50,470 bases of DNA from Perkinsus olseni (Eukaryota): assembly GCA_013115125.1 (NCBI GenBank), contig JABANN010000227.1:1-50470 (forward strand). Reading direction: 5' to 3'. Within the stretch, counting starts at the first letter, position 1, and each line of letters begins with the position of its first letter. The position numbers and the translations under genes were made by a program. Positions 1 through 12,689 of the stretch are shown one piece after another. Below the pieces are notes generated by a model. The model searched no databases, was not told the origin of the DNA, and saw nothing but the letters and a program-made list of their open reading frames with translations.

Positions 1-3000
1 GAGATGGACGAGTTGCACCTTTGGGTGAGATGACCACTGGACGAATTTATACTGGATCAGTTGAGATACACCCCAACTGGGGTACATATCGTCAACCATT
101 ACGGCAGGATACGGAAGAGCTCGGCACTGGAGATACTCGAAGTATCTCACGTAGCCCACCGTTTGCCATTTCAAGAGGGAAGGAGCTCGACTCAGAGTTT
201 TGGCGAGGCGCTTATTGTGGAGGCTACCAGCGAGACCGCTACTAGACCGTGGTCCATGGGCTTCGATCATGGTCTTGATATCAGGGCTCCGTAGGAAGCC
301 GTCGCCTGTACAGCCGTACCTATTCGTTGCTCTCTTAAGTTCATTCAGTCTGCATGATGATGGGTTCCCTGTGGCGTAACTCTATCGTGCATGACGTGCC
401 TCAATTGGGTGGAAGTAAGGCTGGCTTACTACTCCTGGGGGGCACTTCTCCTTGGGGAGACTTTACTGAGAAGAGTTTTCTCAGCTTCGTCTGCCGCTAG
501 TGGACCCTGGTGAACAACGTCACCTCGCGCGAGGACAATATACTAGTATGTACGGCACTCTTATGTTTTATTATTGAGGCCTTTTCGATTATGCGTCGAT
601 GATCGCTCCCTCTCGTTGCTCATTCGGTGCGTCACGAGTCGTTCAGCACGTTCTTCGCTGTTCTTCTTACGAACCGTCTTTGCAATTTCGAATTGTGACT
701 GCGGGTGAGAAGGGCAGTGCGAAAATCTGCGCATCAACTTGATGCGACTTGATACTTGAGACTTGATGCCATCAAGTCTCGTGAATCAAGCATGGGTTGT
801 GTGAGTTCATAGTCCAACTCTTACGGTTCCGGCTTCGACTCGAATCCGATGTGCTTAGCGGTGGCGATCAATAGGCAGGGGATCAGGCAGACGCCAAGGC
901 TCGGGTTTTGTGTTTTCAATTCGTCGGTCTCTAATTTCTCAGCTTGACAGCTTTTTCAGCTGAGAAATTAAGCTTCCTGAGCATCAGGCCTCCTTCCTCT
1001 GGGTTTTTGGGGCGGGCTTGGATCCTTTTCTCTGTCGTAATTTTCGGTTGAATCGTCCGAGTGGGGCCGCTCGCTTTCTCGGTTGCGAAACTTAGAATCG
1101 TTTTCAGTGAGAAAGCATGAATCCAGCGGTGGAGGTCGGGTTCGAGTGCTCTGGGTGGACCGGAAGGGACGCACGGTAACTCGACCAACATCCTCGACGC
1201 TCGTCGAATGGGGCGCTTCCACTGACGAATCCGAGCGTCTTATTAGTGGTGGATATTTTCAAAACCCAGATGTCCTTCAGTTGAATGGCTGCACCAGTAG
1301 AGGGTCTGTGGGCGGAGGAGGGAATAGTGGCTTCCGTTCGTGGATGCTTCTCTGAAATAAAGTTAACAGGTGAAAGACGATCCTGAGCGGGCTATTGACA
1401 TTGAGGAGAAAGGCAGCCTGTGGGAGAGCAAGGCTCGCTCGAAAGAGCGATGTCCTCAATTTTGGTGGGCGCTGGCCTCGTCTGTGTATGATACACAGTG
1501 TATCCAACGTCGACGACTCTATTGAGTTATATGAAGTCAATCAGGAGAGGGTCTCGAGTTTCGTCGTCCCGAAAGCATCTTGCAGGGGACTGATGGTGCG
1601 ATGGACTTGAGAGATTCACAATCGTTAATGAAAAACGCCACCCAGCAAGCGAGACTGACAGCGTCCGTCAGGGGGCTGACGAAAGTAATAGAACAAATCG
1701 CCCAACTCCTGCCCTCATCCGCACCCTTCAGGACTTCCACCGACTGCGAGTACGTGTCGAGTCGTATAGGGGACCCATTGGGGACTCCCTGGCCGCTGCC
1801 TTCTGGGAGTACGCAGCTCCTGGCTGATGATGACTGATGTCGTTCCATGGCTCAGGTTGATTCTGGAGTCCCCTATGTGCCTGAGGGAGATGCGACGGAT
1901 CTGCATAGGGCGGCAGATGGCCCTCAGCGACGAGGAGACGTCGTCGTGCTCCTCGGACTCCGATCGCTCCAGTTCCCAATCCACCCAGGGTCGGTCTAGC
2001 AGGACGTCTCTGCTCTGATGCTTCTCCTCAGACCACGGTTTTGTCCGGCGTAGGGCTGTCCATCATCAGCGAGCGCGAAGGGACGTCCGAGTGCCGCTGC
2101 TGCCCCTGGGAGTTAGGGCTGACCCGGTAGGCAGGGAATGGGCGGCGGTTTGGTCACTAATTATAAAAAGTAGTGCCTGAAAATAGACTCGTCAGACAGT
2201 GGTTATATATTATGTTTAGAACGCTCGGTTTGGAGCGGTATGAAAGTCCTTAGGACGAGATCCCAACCACCTTGACAAAAGTACTGTTGAGTCATTATAG
2301 TTATGATCCTGTTGTGTGTGTCATATGCCACGATGATGATCTGGAAGTTACTCAGAATCTTTACCGGTCGATGATACCGCGCGTCCTTCGACAGCTCTAT
2401 AGGGTAATTATCTATGCTCTTTATTATATTCTTGATGGGGCGGATGAATTTGGGCCGTATCCTAATCCGAGCACTTCCTGAACAGAATTTGTCGGGATAA
2501 AAAGGGAAAATCAGACCGGAATGAATTTTCTGACGCGAGTCGAGGTTGCCCACCTCTGAGTATTATTATTTTTTCACATAACGATATGTATGAAACAATA
2601 AAAAGACTAAATATCTGCACATTGATAACCATCCTCAGCAGGCACCTTTCCGACGTCGTGTCACTTCATTATCGTCCTCACCGTCAGAGTCATCATCGTC
2701 GGAGTTCGCAACGCCTGAGAGGATCCCAGGTAAGAGCGCATTCACGATAAGCTCTATCGACTGTTGCTGTCTCAGACGCTGTTTTGGCGGCTACTTTGGA
2801 GCAGTCTTCGCCGTGTCCGCCCGCTGTCGAGAATTCAGGTCGGTGAGAAGGGGAGGGCGACACTGCTGCTGTTGCTTGAAGCTTCGCTCCGTCGTAGCAT
2901 TAGATTTTTCTGAGCTAGCTCCGCCACTTCGTCATAGAGGCCTTGTTAATATTATTGGTGCCATGCGATTGATATAATAGGCTATGCCCATGAGACAGTC

Positions 3001-3250
3001 TGTCCCACAGTTTTGAGTCATATCAAGAAATAGAACGCCACCCATTTTTGACCAACGGTTTAGACCAGCTCGGGACTGATTTCCTTGATCGGAGTAAATT
3101 AGAGAATGACTGAACGTGTTCTCGGGTGGGTTCATGACAAGATGTGACGATCTCAATCTTGGGATCATCTTCCAGTGAGGAGTCGATCCGCCCAGGGTTA
3201 AACGTTGCCATCCAGATCCTGAGTGAGGGTCTCTTCCTGAGGACGTCCAT
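1..3250. mobile_element. Probable degenerate transposon/retroelement debris
   Basis: Intron-free reading frames broken by stops (e.g. 1537-1984 and 2600-3250 on minus), no coherent spliced gene, several palindromes. No RT, integrase or transposase motif recognised. Confidence 0.3.
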
Positions 3251-3496
3251 AACGGTTCATACCGTGTGCCCAGTAAAAAAAATATTGATAGCGATGTGAT
3301 CTACTCTCCTGATAATTTTTTTCGCCCTATCTTCTACGACGCGCAATGCCTTCGTTCTATCGCTTTTTCACAAAAGCCTAGTTATGTGAATTGATATGTG
3401 TTTCAGCACCTGGCACCGGTACAAAACCTGTTTGGGTGCAGTAGACTAATTACCTAGTTTATTGAATAGATACATAGATAATATAGCGCGGCATAG

Positions 3497-6400
3497 ATGA
3501 GCCTCGGACGCTTCGCTCAGCTTGCTCTGTGACTGTGAGGCTCCATGCGGTCGAACAGCAGACCACAGATCTGAGTCGCGGTAACGGCGTCTCGCACACG
3601 AGCGGCTTTCGAACCTATCCCATTGTTAAATCATCATAAACTTGGCAGTTTACTGGCTTCCTCATCGTAATTGATGCTTATTGACCGGATTTTACACCGG
3701 CAAAAGGATTTTCGAATTTCCAGATGAAATTTTCCCTTTTTTCGGATGGGGGGGTGTTGGTATTCTCATTATACAGATGAGGGAGCTCCTCTCATCGTTA
3801 GCTTCCGTTATATAAAATGACTTTCCTTATCACTATACAGATACTCTCTCGAAAGCCCCATCGCGAGCCTTCGCCAAACCCGCATTCGATGACACATGCC
3901 GGTCGGAGTCCCCTCCAAGAACTGAAGGGCCGATGATGATGGTGAGAGAAGCTCTTCCAAATGCTCCACTCTTGCTCAGCATGTCCGTCGTTTTCAGAAG
4001 CAGTCCGACCTCAACTCGCCTGAGTGTGTTCAGACGAAGACGTCCGGGCCCGCTGAGAGCAGCCCTATCATCGAGGGTAGGCTGATCGATCCTGCTGCTG
4101 TCAATCGCGGGGCTGCACAGTACTCCGAAAAATCTTGAAATATTTTGCTTTTCATACTCTCATAATTCTCTTGAAATTTTTCGAGAAAGTTAATTTTTTC
4201 CGGATTTTTTTTAATTTTTTTTGTGATATCTAAAAATGTCACAATCCAAATCTCAATTAATTTTTAGACAGGCTTAAAATTTTTTATGTCTGTGGAGCGT
4301 GCTACGGGTGACGATAATTTCTGTAGGCAATGACGAGCGGTAATTTCCTTGCTAAGAAAACGCAGAAACTCCGCTCCGTCTGCCACTGGTAATTTTGATA
4401 TTACCGGGCCGACTCTAGGCGTAGGAAAATTAGTCGGCCGTGGGTTCCCGAAGAGGAATTTCCTCCGCGTAGGGTTGGCCGAGGTTTCGGGAGAATCCTT
4501 GCGGTTGTGAGGTTGATGCTTGCACATAGCAGGAAAAAAGATACCATCATCACCACGCAAAGAAATTATTTCTGGAAAAATCCGGAGGGCGGCGCTGATT
4601 TTCTGTGGCTTCGACGTTTTGTCTTTTACGGGCTGCATTCGTCCTCGGCAGATTGCCTGCCGGTGGAAAATGTTTTATTTACCCTGGAAAATTACTGTGC
4701 TTTTCACGGAAATTTTCGCGAGGGGAAAATAATGGAAAATTTTCAGCTTTTTTCGGAGGGGTGAAGTGTTGGTAGTGTCATGATATACTACGAGTATCTT
4801 TTTTTCTGTGAGGTGCACGAGTGTCCACGGGCTCGGCGACGGCGGCGGCGTCTCTGAGTGATCTCCCACCGGAGCTCCGATGGTGGCCCGCTGAGGGCGA
4901 AAGGGCGGGGTCTCCGGGGGCCTACCAGGACTTGTCCTGGATGCGACTCGGTATGACGGCGAGTATCTCAGGTTGACCCGCGCTAGATACAAATTGAGTT
5001 GACTCTGCGGCCGATAATGATCTCTCAGAATCACCACCGAAGGCAGCCGGAAGCCGAAGCGCCGCGCCATCTTTACTGCCACCCCCACCGTCATTGCCAT
5101 CGTTCAGATCCCAGCAGGAAGCGGTGAGGAAAGCGATTTTCTGATGAAATAATAGGAAGATATCAGTACTGCTATTTGGTTAGGTCGGCCCTCGAGTTCT
5201 GTTGATTACTGAGGGCGAGTCAGCAGCAACAGCAGCCAAGCCCGGTAAGGCAGGGAATCGTTTCCACTTTAGCATTCATTCCTATCAGAATCACCCTCGG
5301 CAGGGAGCGAAGATCCCAGTCCGGGCGTAGCTCGGCCGAGCGGAATGGAGGCTGCGGTGAGTCGCTCGTTTGCACATGAGTTGGTGATGCCGAGCTTGGT
5401 GATGTGCAGGTGGTCGGCCGGTCCGTCAGTCCTTCGGCTGGGGAGGGAAGGTCTGCTGCCGTGAAGGCAGGTAAGGGAATCTTAGGTTGAATCAACCTGG
5501 TTGATCCGTGCTTGATACAGAACGGCTGCACTGATATTAAACTTTCGGTGCTCTCGGCAGATACATCATCATCATCGTCATCATCCGAGAGCAGCCCCAT
5601 CAGTGCATCATCGTCATCATCATCATCATCACCAGTGGCCAGGCCGAGCGAGGAGTCCGAGGAGGACGGCCCTCGGCGGAGTGCCTCGTCGTCGATGCTC
5701 TCTTTTACTTCGTCCGACAACGACAGCAGCAGCAGCAGCAGCAGCAGTGATGTCGTGGAGTCTCCGGTAAGGTGGGTATCCTTGATTCTGTTTGTGATCA
5801 GCTTCGACCTTGGCAGCGCTATTGTGTGATGTTGTAGAACAAGTCCAGAAGAATGTACTCAAGTCTTCAAGGCCTCACGCCGCTACGCAGGCTCTTCACG
5901 AATAAACCATACCATTTTTTACCGAATTCACAAATCCTCGCTTCCATCGGTCGTCGACGGAAATGCCAACCTCCTCTCCTGGAGACCGAGTGTCCCTCGA
6001 GAGCGGACGGTCGAAGATCTGCTGCCGCCCCTCAACCGTTCTACTCGAGTGCTGATCGCGACGCTGTTCGCTGGGTCTATATAAAAGTCTTCACCATAAT
6101 CGATTCTGGAATTGATTTCCGCACGAAAACTCAGCCGCTTCCGCTGAGTCTCAGAATTTCCTCGGATGTTGGCCTGCTTCTATCCCAGAAGCTGCATAGG
6201 GCCTTTGCTCTGCTTCCCCCTCTGGGCCTCATCAGCCCGAGATAGGGTCCTTGAAAAATTTTCGAGCGCTCCTATTTCCACCGCCGTAGTCGCCTCAGGT
6301 GCGGAGGCCGCGGAAACGGCGGTGCGGAGGGAAGAGAGTTCGGATAGCATCACCAGCAGCAGAAGGTAACCAAGGTCGACCCTTGCGTTTCACGAAAGAT

Positions 6401-9400
6401 CTCCTTCTCAGAGATCCCTCGGCGGCGGCTGTCCCTGATCGAGCAGGGCGTGACGGTGGAAGCGTTCAACACAGAGCTGTCGGACATCTTCGGGGTCGAG
6501 GTAAGATCGCCGATCGAAGCTTTTCCCCTTTACATCCTGGTATACATACAATCGCCACGCCTCTTGTCACAAAGGCCTGTTACGCAATAGTGGTCTTCAA
6601 AACGTTCGCGTCGCCAGCTGCGGCGGTTTCCTTAGTACGAAGGCCTGCGCCTTGGCCTCATGAATTCACTTCTGCGCCGTACTCTATAGTCGCCAATTTT
6701 ACACAATAGTGGTCTTCAAAAACTCTTCCAGTGGCCAGCTCAGGTAAAGCCGCCACGGTCGGGGAGATACCTCCGATGGTTCGACAGGAGGGCGGGGGAG
6801 ACGGCGGGGCCCAGCAGGGAGGAGATGAGGCGGGTGGGCTGGGGGCTGGATATCTTAGCATTGGACTCCAATGATTGGAGCCGTGTTGCTTGACGTGATT
6901 TTGGCCGACTCGCAAGCGTTTCTGGCACCGGGGCAGGCGAGTATTGATTCCGTATCAGCCGGCACAGAGACAACAGACTCGGCCGGGAAATATTATTTTT
7001 TTTCATTTTTCGCCTGGTCTCTTCACGGTGAGGGATTCATGCTGTACTCATTCCATATTGCTGTTGTTGCGTATCGAAAAAGGGGCGTCCACTGTGACAG
7101 TGGCACTGTCACGCCGAAAAGCGGTGTCCCGGGGTCAGCGCGGGTGGTTTCGAAATCGGAGTTCTCGCTGGTGAGAAATTGCAGCTTCACCCCGGACTTC
7201 GTAATCGTCATACGTGTAGCGAATTTTTGGGAATTTTTGTTGATAGCGGACCCATCTTCCCGAAGTTTCATACCCAAACACTCCTTAACAGGAAATGCGA
7301 CTTCGAGATCACCCACACCTAGCTAGAACGTCCTCTACCACCCCTTCGTCCTCAGGCGCAGATGCCCCTCCATCGGAAGATCTTCTTCCTGATGGAGCAG
7401 CAATCCTCCGCCAGGGACCTTCCAGAGGCCCCGGCCGAGCTGCTCGCCGGTGCATTCGGCAAGGCGAAGCTGGCGAGCCTCGAGGTGACCATCGTCCGCC
7501 CTCCCCCTTCCCTCACGTTTCTTGGCAGGAGGATGCCGTGGTGGCGTGGGTCGCTACCCAGGACCCGACCCGGATGACCCACCGCATCTGTGCGGCTGCG
7601 GTGGTCGGGTGTAACGGCCGGTGTCCTGGGGGCGGCCCCGCCACCTTCGTCATCCGCCTCTTCGCCACCGCCAAGGAGGTGTCGTTCGGCCGGCGGAAGG
7701 TGAGGGTGATTTGGGGGAGGAGCGGTAGGGATCCTTACGTATCGAGGATCTTTTCCTTACTAGAGATTTTCTGCCAAATCGATCAATGTCGAATCTTCCG
7801 ATATTTCGAAGCATATGATACAGTCTGTCCAATAAAAATTTCCGCGTTGAGAGATTTTCGCTAGAACGTTGCAAAGGACGAGTTTACGAATCAAACTCAG
7901 CGTTCCAGGATAGCCTCAACACTCTCGATGCAGCAATCGTCTATCGGAATATGGTTACTAGTCTAACGTCGCCCTGTGCAACGTTCTACCGCAAATTTTT
8001 CATCCAACGCGGAAATTTTAACTAAAAATTTCCGCGTTGGATAAAAAATTTGAAAATTTTTTGGTGGACAGACTGTATCGCGAGATGTCATTTATTGTAA
8101 CGCGGCTTTGATTCTGCATCGCGGTCAACGACAATAACTGCGATTCCAGATTTTCATCGATTTTACACGTTGATTCAGCGTGTAAAAATCGATCGCGTGA
8201 TAGATTTTGGATGTCCTCCTCTTCAGGCAAAGGTGCGCGGGTACGACTGGGGAAAGCTGCTGCTGCGGGAGATCGAGCACCATCTGGTGGCCCCCCGGAA
8301 CAGCCCCCACCTCCTCGTCGAGAGCGTCGCTGATGCCTGGCGGTGAGTCGTTCTTAGGCGGTCTGATCGAGTTGGCTTGTGGCAGCATTCGGGTTCACCG
8401 AATGACGCCGCAGAGAGTTCATCGTTAAGGAACTAGTCCAACTAAGGCGGCGATGGCGCTGGACTTCAAACTCACACAGAAGCCGTTTTTCGCCAACCTT
8501 GTGTCGTTGAATCATTAAAGACCTAGCTCAGCTTCTTACCGGAGCAAAATAGGATAAGCGATTTATTATCAAACAATAGAAGCGTCGTATATTATCATAC
8601 TCGTAGTACTACGATAATGCACAGATGGGTGATGAGGTCGACCGCTTGGGAAGGCGGGCGCGACATCCGAGTTCTACCAACCGGAAGCGAATCTTTCATC
8701 TTTTCTCTTCGCATCATCAACGCTTTAATATAGCACCTTTGCAGTATCCTGATCCCAAATTGTGTCCCGAATTCTCATAATTTTGGGTTCGTTAATCTAG
8801 CTTGATTGGTTCAAGCTGGTCTCGATCTTCTTTCCTCTCGTAGCATTCTCATCACCCCATCTTTTCGGTCATCTCGCGCTTTCCAACAACTACTTACTAC
8901 TCTACCATCTTGTGTTGTGATACCGCACTTTGCTGCAGCCAGAGAGGAAGAGCATTGAAGTATCGCCCGTGATACAGGAAATTATTCTGGGCTTTACACC
9001 GTCCGTGAAAACGTGTTTATTTTCCGCGTTATTCGCCTGCGGCTGAAAACTTTATCACTGACACTGTCATTTTGTGACTAGACGAATATCTTTTACATCG
9101 GTGAAATGCATGCATCAACCTAGGATACTACCTCCTGAAAAAACTCGTAGAGAAATCATGACATACTGTCGTCGTGTGATATACGAGCTTCCACCACATG
9201 AATATCTTTTCCACCTGTGAAATGCACGCTTCAACCTAGGATACTAGCGATATAAACACCGCTTCCCATCAGGTACTGGGCCAAGCTGGGCTTTGAGCTC
9301 CGAAGTTCCCGAGGGGCGGCGTCGAGCGGCTCTGAAGGGCAGCAGCTGAGTCGTTACAATGAGACCCTCATTGGTGTGAAGCCGGTACGGTCGTTCCGCC

Positions 9401-9408
9401 GGCCATGA
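3497..9408 (+). CDS. Multi-exon protein with long Ser/Pro-rich N-terminus and C-terminal GNAT acetyltransferase domain (5' start uncertain)
   Basis: Phase-consistent GT-AG exon chain, e.g. 5561-5766, 6299-6365, 6412-6500, 7356-7484, 7529-7699, 8227-8342, 9273-9408. Spliced product FVIRLFATAKE...KVRGYDWGKLLLREIE...LLVESVADAWRYWAKLGFE matches GNAT motifs A and B. Stop TGA 9406-9408. Confidence 0.7.
7818..8078. repeat. Foldback/MITE-like nested inverted repeats in a GNAT gene intron
   Basis: 15-bp IR gatacagtctgtcca (7818-7832) / tggacagactgtatc (8064-8078), enclosing an 18-bp perfect IR at 8002-8019 / 8025-8042. Confidence 0.65.
9084..9245 (-). repeat. Two copies of the ~47-bp GTATCTTAGGTTGA hairpin element
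   Basis: The reverse complements of 9084-9129 and 9200-9245 match the consensus AGTATCTTAGGTTGAWGCGTGCATTTCACGGGTGGAAAAGATACTC. Confidence 0.85.
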
Positions 9409-9550
9409 GTGTATTGCAGCAATTTGGATTGGTGATTTGCGTTGGGAGTTATTTTAGGGCGAGCGAGATTTATTATGCGCAGATATTAGCGGAGCGAAGC
9501 GATTCTTGTTTGCTAATTTTGCGGAGAGTTGATAATTGCAACCAATCTTA

Positions 9551-12390
9551 ATGACTGATTCGAGCGGCGCTGCGCTGTTGAATCTTTTACACCGGGGAGG
9601 CAGTCGACCGAAGGCAGGACCACCTGGAGGTGAGCTGATCGTATTGCGATTTCGATACCACAATTTTCCGAACTCTCGAGTATGAAAATGTCTTTGGGGT
9701 GACCAGAGCTGTCATTTTAGTATCTTGCGAATCTTTTGGAATCTTGTTTATACTTCTTTATCATACTATCTTTATTATGTTTTTCTGAGCGAATCTTTAT
9801 TATTTTAGGTAAAATTTTGATTTTTCATGCGGCCGTCGTATTTTTGCTCGGTTAGAACCGGTCCGCACCGTGACGATTTCTCACTGGCTGAAGCACTAGT
9901 ATCTGTTTTTTCACGATATCCGATACCGAATTTTATTGCGATTCATAAAGATTGTGATTGTGGTAAGCATCATCAACATCAGCCTGGAGGATGCCTTTCG
10001 GGCCTACCGGAACGGGATTTACACTCATTTTTCGGCGATAGAGCTGTCTCGCGAGTCGTGACCCGGCTTTAAGTGCCCCGTGATTCGACTTCATTTCACA
10101 GCGCCATACACGGATTTTTTTCTGGCGATCCTCCGATAAATCAGGATCGATTCGCGATTTTTTTTCGCGCCAAATGCTGTCCCAAAATCGGTAGCGTTGA
10201 TTTACAGAATTGCTTTATCGATTCTGAGAATGGTCGTTGCTCAGGCAAAGAGCTGCTGGCCCTCCTTAAAGGCAAGCCAGTGTCCTGGGACGAGGCCTCG
10301 TCGTCCACAGTGGGGTCTTCGGAGTCCTCAGCATCCCCAGCATTGGATAGGTTGTTTGGTCGGAGCAAGGGGACAGAGTAATGACGGTTTCGGTTTTTTT
10401 CGACAAAAATCGTCGGAAATTTTCGTTTTGGAAGGTGGAAATTTATACTTGAAAAATGACCAAAATGGTTTTATTCGTCCGAAATTTTCTGTGTTTTTGG
10501 TGAAAATGGGTACAAATATTGAAATTCACGGTTTAAAATTACTGAGAGGAAAAGGAATGGTCGCCCTTGTGTCAGTCAAGGCCAAAAAATTTTCGGAAAT
10601 TTTTGTTTTTTTCCTGAAAAAGATGGTCGAAGAAGAGAATTCTTAATTTACGAATCACTGACAGCGAAGAAACGCAACGGCCGCACTTTCTCGAGCGTCG
10701 AAAAAAATTCCCGCAAATTTTCGTAATTTTATTTTTCCTATCAGATCTTTCTCCCCTCCTCAAACGACCGATGATGAGAAGCCGTATAAAAGGTATTTGT
10801 GTTGGTACTGGCAGAACGGCTATCGCTGCGTCCACGGCGACCATTGTCGATTCGCTCATGGTTTCGGTGATATGGGTCATGGTAGTGAAGGTGGTAGCGC
10901 GGATGAGGATACTCTGGTTACGATACATGGGTCGGAGTTCCCTCCGAAAACGCTGATAAAGTGGGAAAAATTCTGGATGTTTTTACCCGCATATAATCGT
11001 TCAGATTTCCTTTACCGGGGTGCGACATTCGCTATCAGAGTGGGCTATTTTCTCTGGAGGAAAGTGAATTGTTCTTATCGATGCTGATGAGCGGAAAGCA
11101 CGTGTCTTGGAACACGGTTGGCTACGGCAGGGACGTGGTCCAATTTTCGAGCCCCAAAGGGATGAAGTAAAAAGATCATCGAAATTTTGAGCAGCTTTCT
11201 GATACCTCTAGCTAGGTATAGCTTTTCCGAGAGCGAGTATACAGCGGACGCGTTCCCGCCGTTTGTGTTGGGTATCATGCATCGGGTTAAGAGTGTGCTG
11301 GAGTAAGTTGGGGTCGCGGAGGTGCCCGAGGTGTGTTTCGATGAGCTTCCTTAATCTTAAGATCACCTTGATTGAAGATTCGTAAAAGTTCATCTTTTTT
11401 CAGGCCAGTTTATGGTCGTGATAAGGTGCAGTTTAATTACTGTGTAGCGAACGTGTACCGTTCTGGACGGGCGGGTGAGGGATTCTGTCGGTGCGGGTTG
11501 GGATGGTATCTTTTTTAGGTGTTACTTACCATAGTGACAACGAACCGGAGTTGCGTGGTGATTGTCCGATCGCATGTGTTAGTTTCGGTGCGGAGAGAAT
11601 ATTTTCGCTGAAGCAAATGCGGGCAAAGTAGTAATGGAGGAGTGGGGGGAATTTTGTGAAGTCTGAGAGGGTCGAGTATACTGTGGTTTGGATTATGGTA
11701 GAAGTACTAGATTTGAGAGTAGTTGATGAATATCTATGTTGAAGCGAGGAAGATTCGGATGAAGTTGCAGCGGCCGCTTGATTGTAAAATTGATAATATT
11801 TTTTTGGATTTGGAAAATGTCCGGAAAATTTATAAATTTATCTTTGATTGTGGAAGATACCAAAGCGGTTGAATGAATCGATCGATGAAACGGCCGCGGT
11901 CATTTTTTTATTGAGAAAAATGCAAAAATGTAGGAGATAATTGAATTTTTGTGATCGATAATGGCAGAATGAGTTTTGTGCGACTCTCCTTCCACCCCAT
12001 TCGTCGCGGAGAGTGTGACATATTTGATTGAAGTGGTTGGACTCCAATCGATCAGATGATCGATTTGTCAGGTCGAGCACAGCGTACCACGTTCGACTGG
12101 AAAATGGGAGTGTTGTCATCATGGCTGGTGACACGCAAAAGAATTATCTCCATCAGATTACGAAGGAAGACTATATTTCCAGTCACTATCCCAGGGTCTC
12201 TCTGACCTTCAGGTGGGGGAGGGCGGAGGAGAAGTGGAAATTATTTTTCGAGCGGGTTCGGTCGGGTGGTGTGAGTATTCACGACAGCAGCGCTATCATC
12301 GGAGGTTGCGGGACTTCTGCCTTCAATTCGATGGCGTCACGTGACCTCTCTCTCAGGGTGCATCATACGGGCTCGGGAAGCAGCAGTTAA
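9551..12390 (+). CDS. AlkB-family (ALKBH2/3-like) 2OG-Fe(II) dioxygenase with CCCH zinc finger
   Basis: Exons encode CWYWQNGYRCVHGDHCRFAH (C-x8-C-x5-C-x3-H), FNYCVANVYR, YHSDNEPEL...IACVSFGAERIF (HxD) and LENGSVVIMAGDTQKNYLHQI...PRVSLTFR. Last exon follows ctctctctcag and ends at TAA 12388-12390. The start ATG at 9551 is inferred. Confidence 0.88.
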
Positions 12391-12582
12391 GAGACTCGCA
12401 GGTGCCGCAATTTTCCGTCGGAAAGGCGGATGCGAAAATTTTACATTTACTCTGTGCGCCCTGTCGAACTCCTTTTCCCTCGGCGGTTGCTTGTCGGACT
12501 TGTGGGTGATTGATTGACGGGTTGGTGAAGTCGCCGTAGATGCAGCAGAATTTTGAGAAGGGTCGCACTGCAGCGATGGGCA

Positions 12583-12651
12583 TTGTTGTGTTCTAGTGGT
12601 TGAGCGCCTCGCTTCCATTCGGAAGGTTGTTGGGTCTATTCCCAGGGAGGT
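12583..12651 (+). pseudogene. Degenerate full-length tRNA-like sequence in the intergenic spacer
   Basis: TAGTGGTT A-box, then ...cggaaggttgttgggtctattcccaggg (decayed B-box/T-arm). Stems are poorly paired. Confidence 0.5.
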
Positions 12652-12689
12652 TATTTTGATTATATCAGCTCCTCGGTTTTGCTATAACG

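Noticed and set aside
5220-5720. Acidic 166-aa minus-strand ORF (poly-Asp)
   Set aside because: It is the antisense shadow of the poly-Ser + strand exon, which has proper splice sites.
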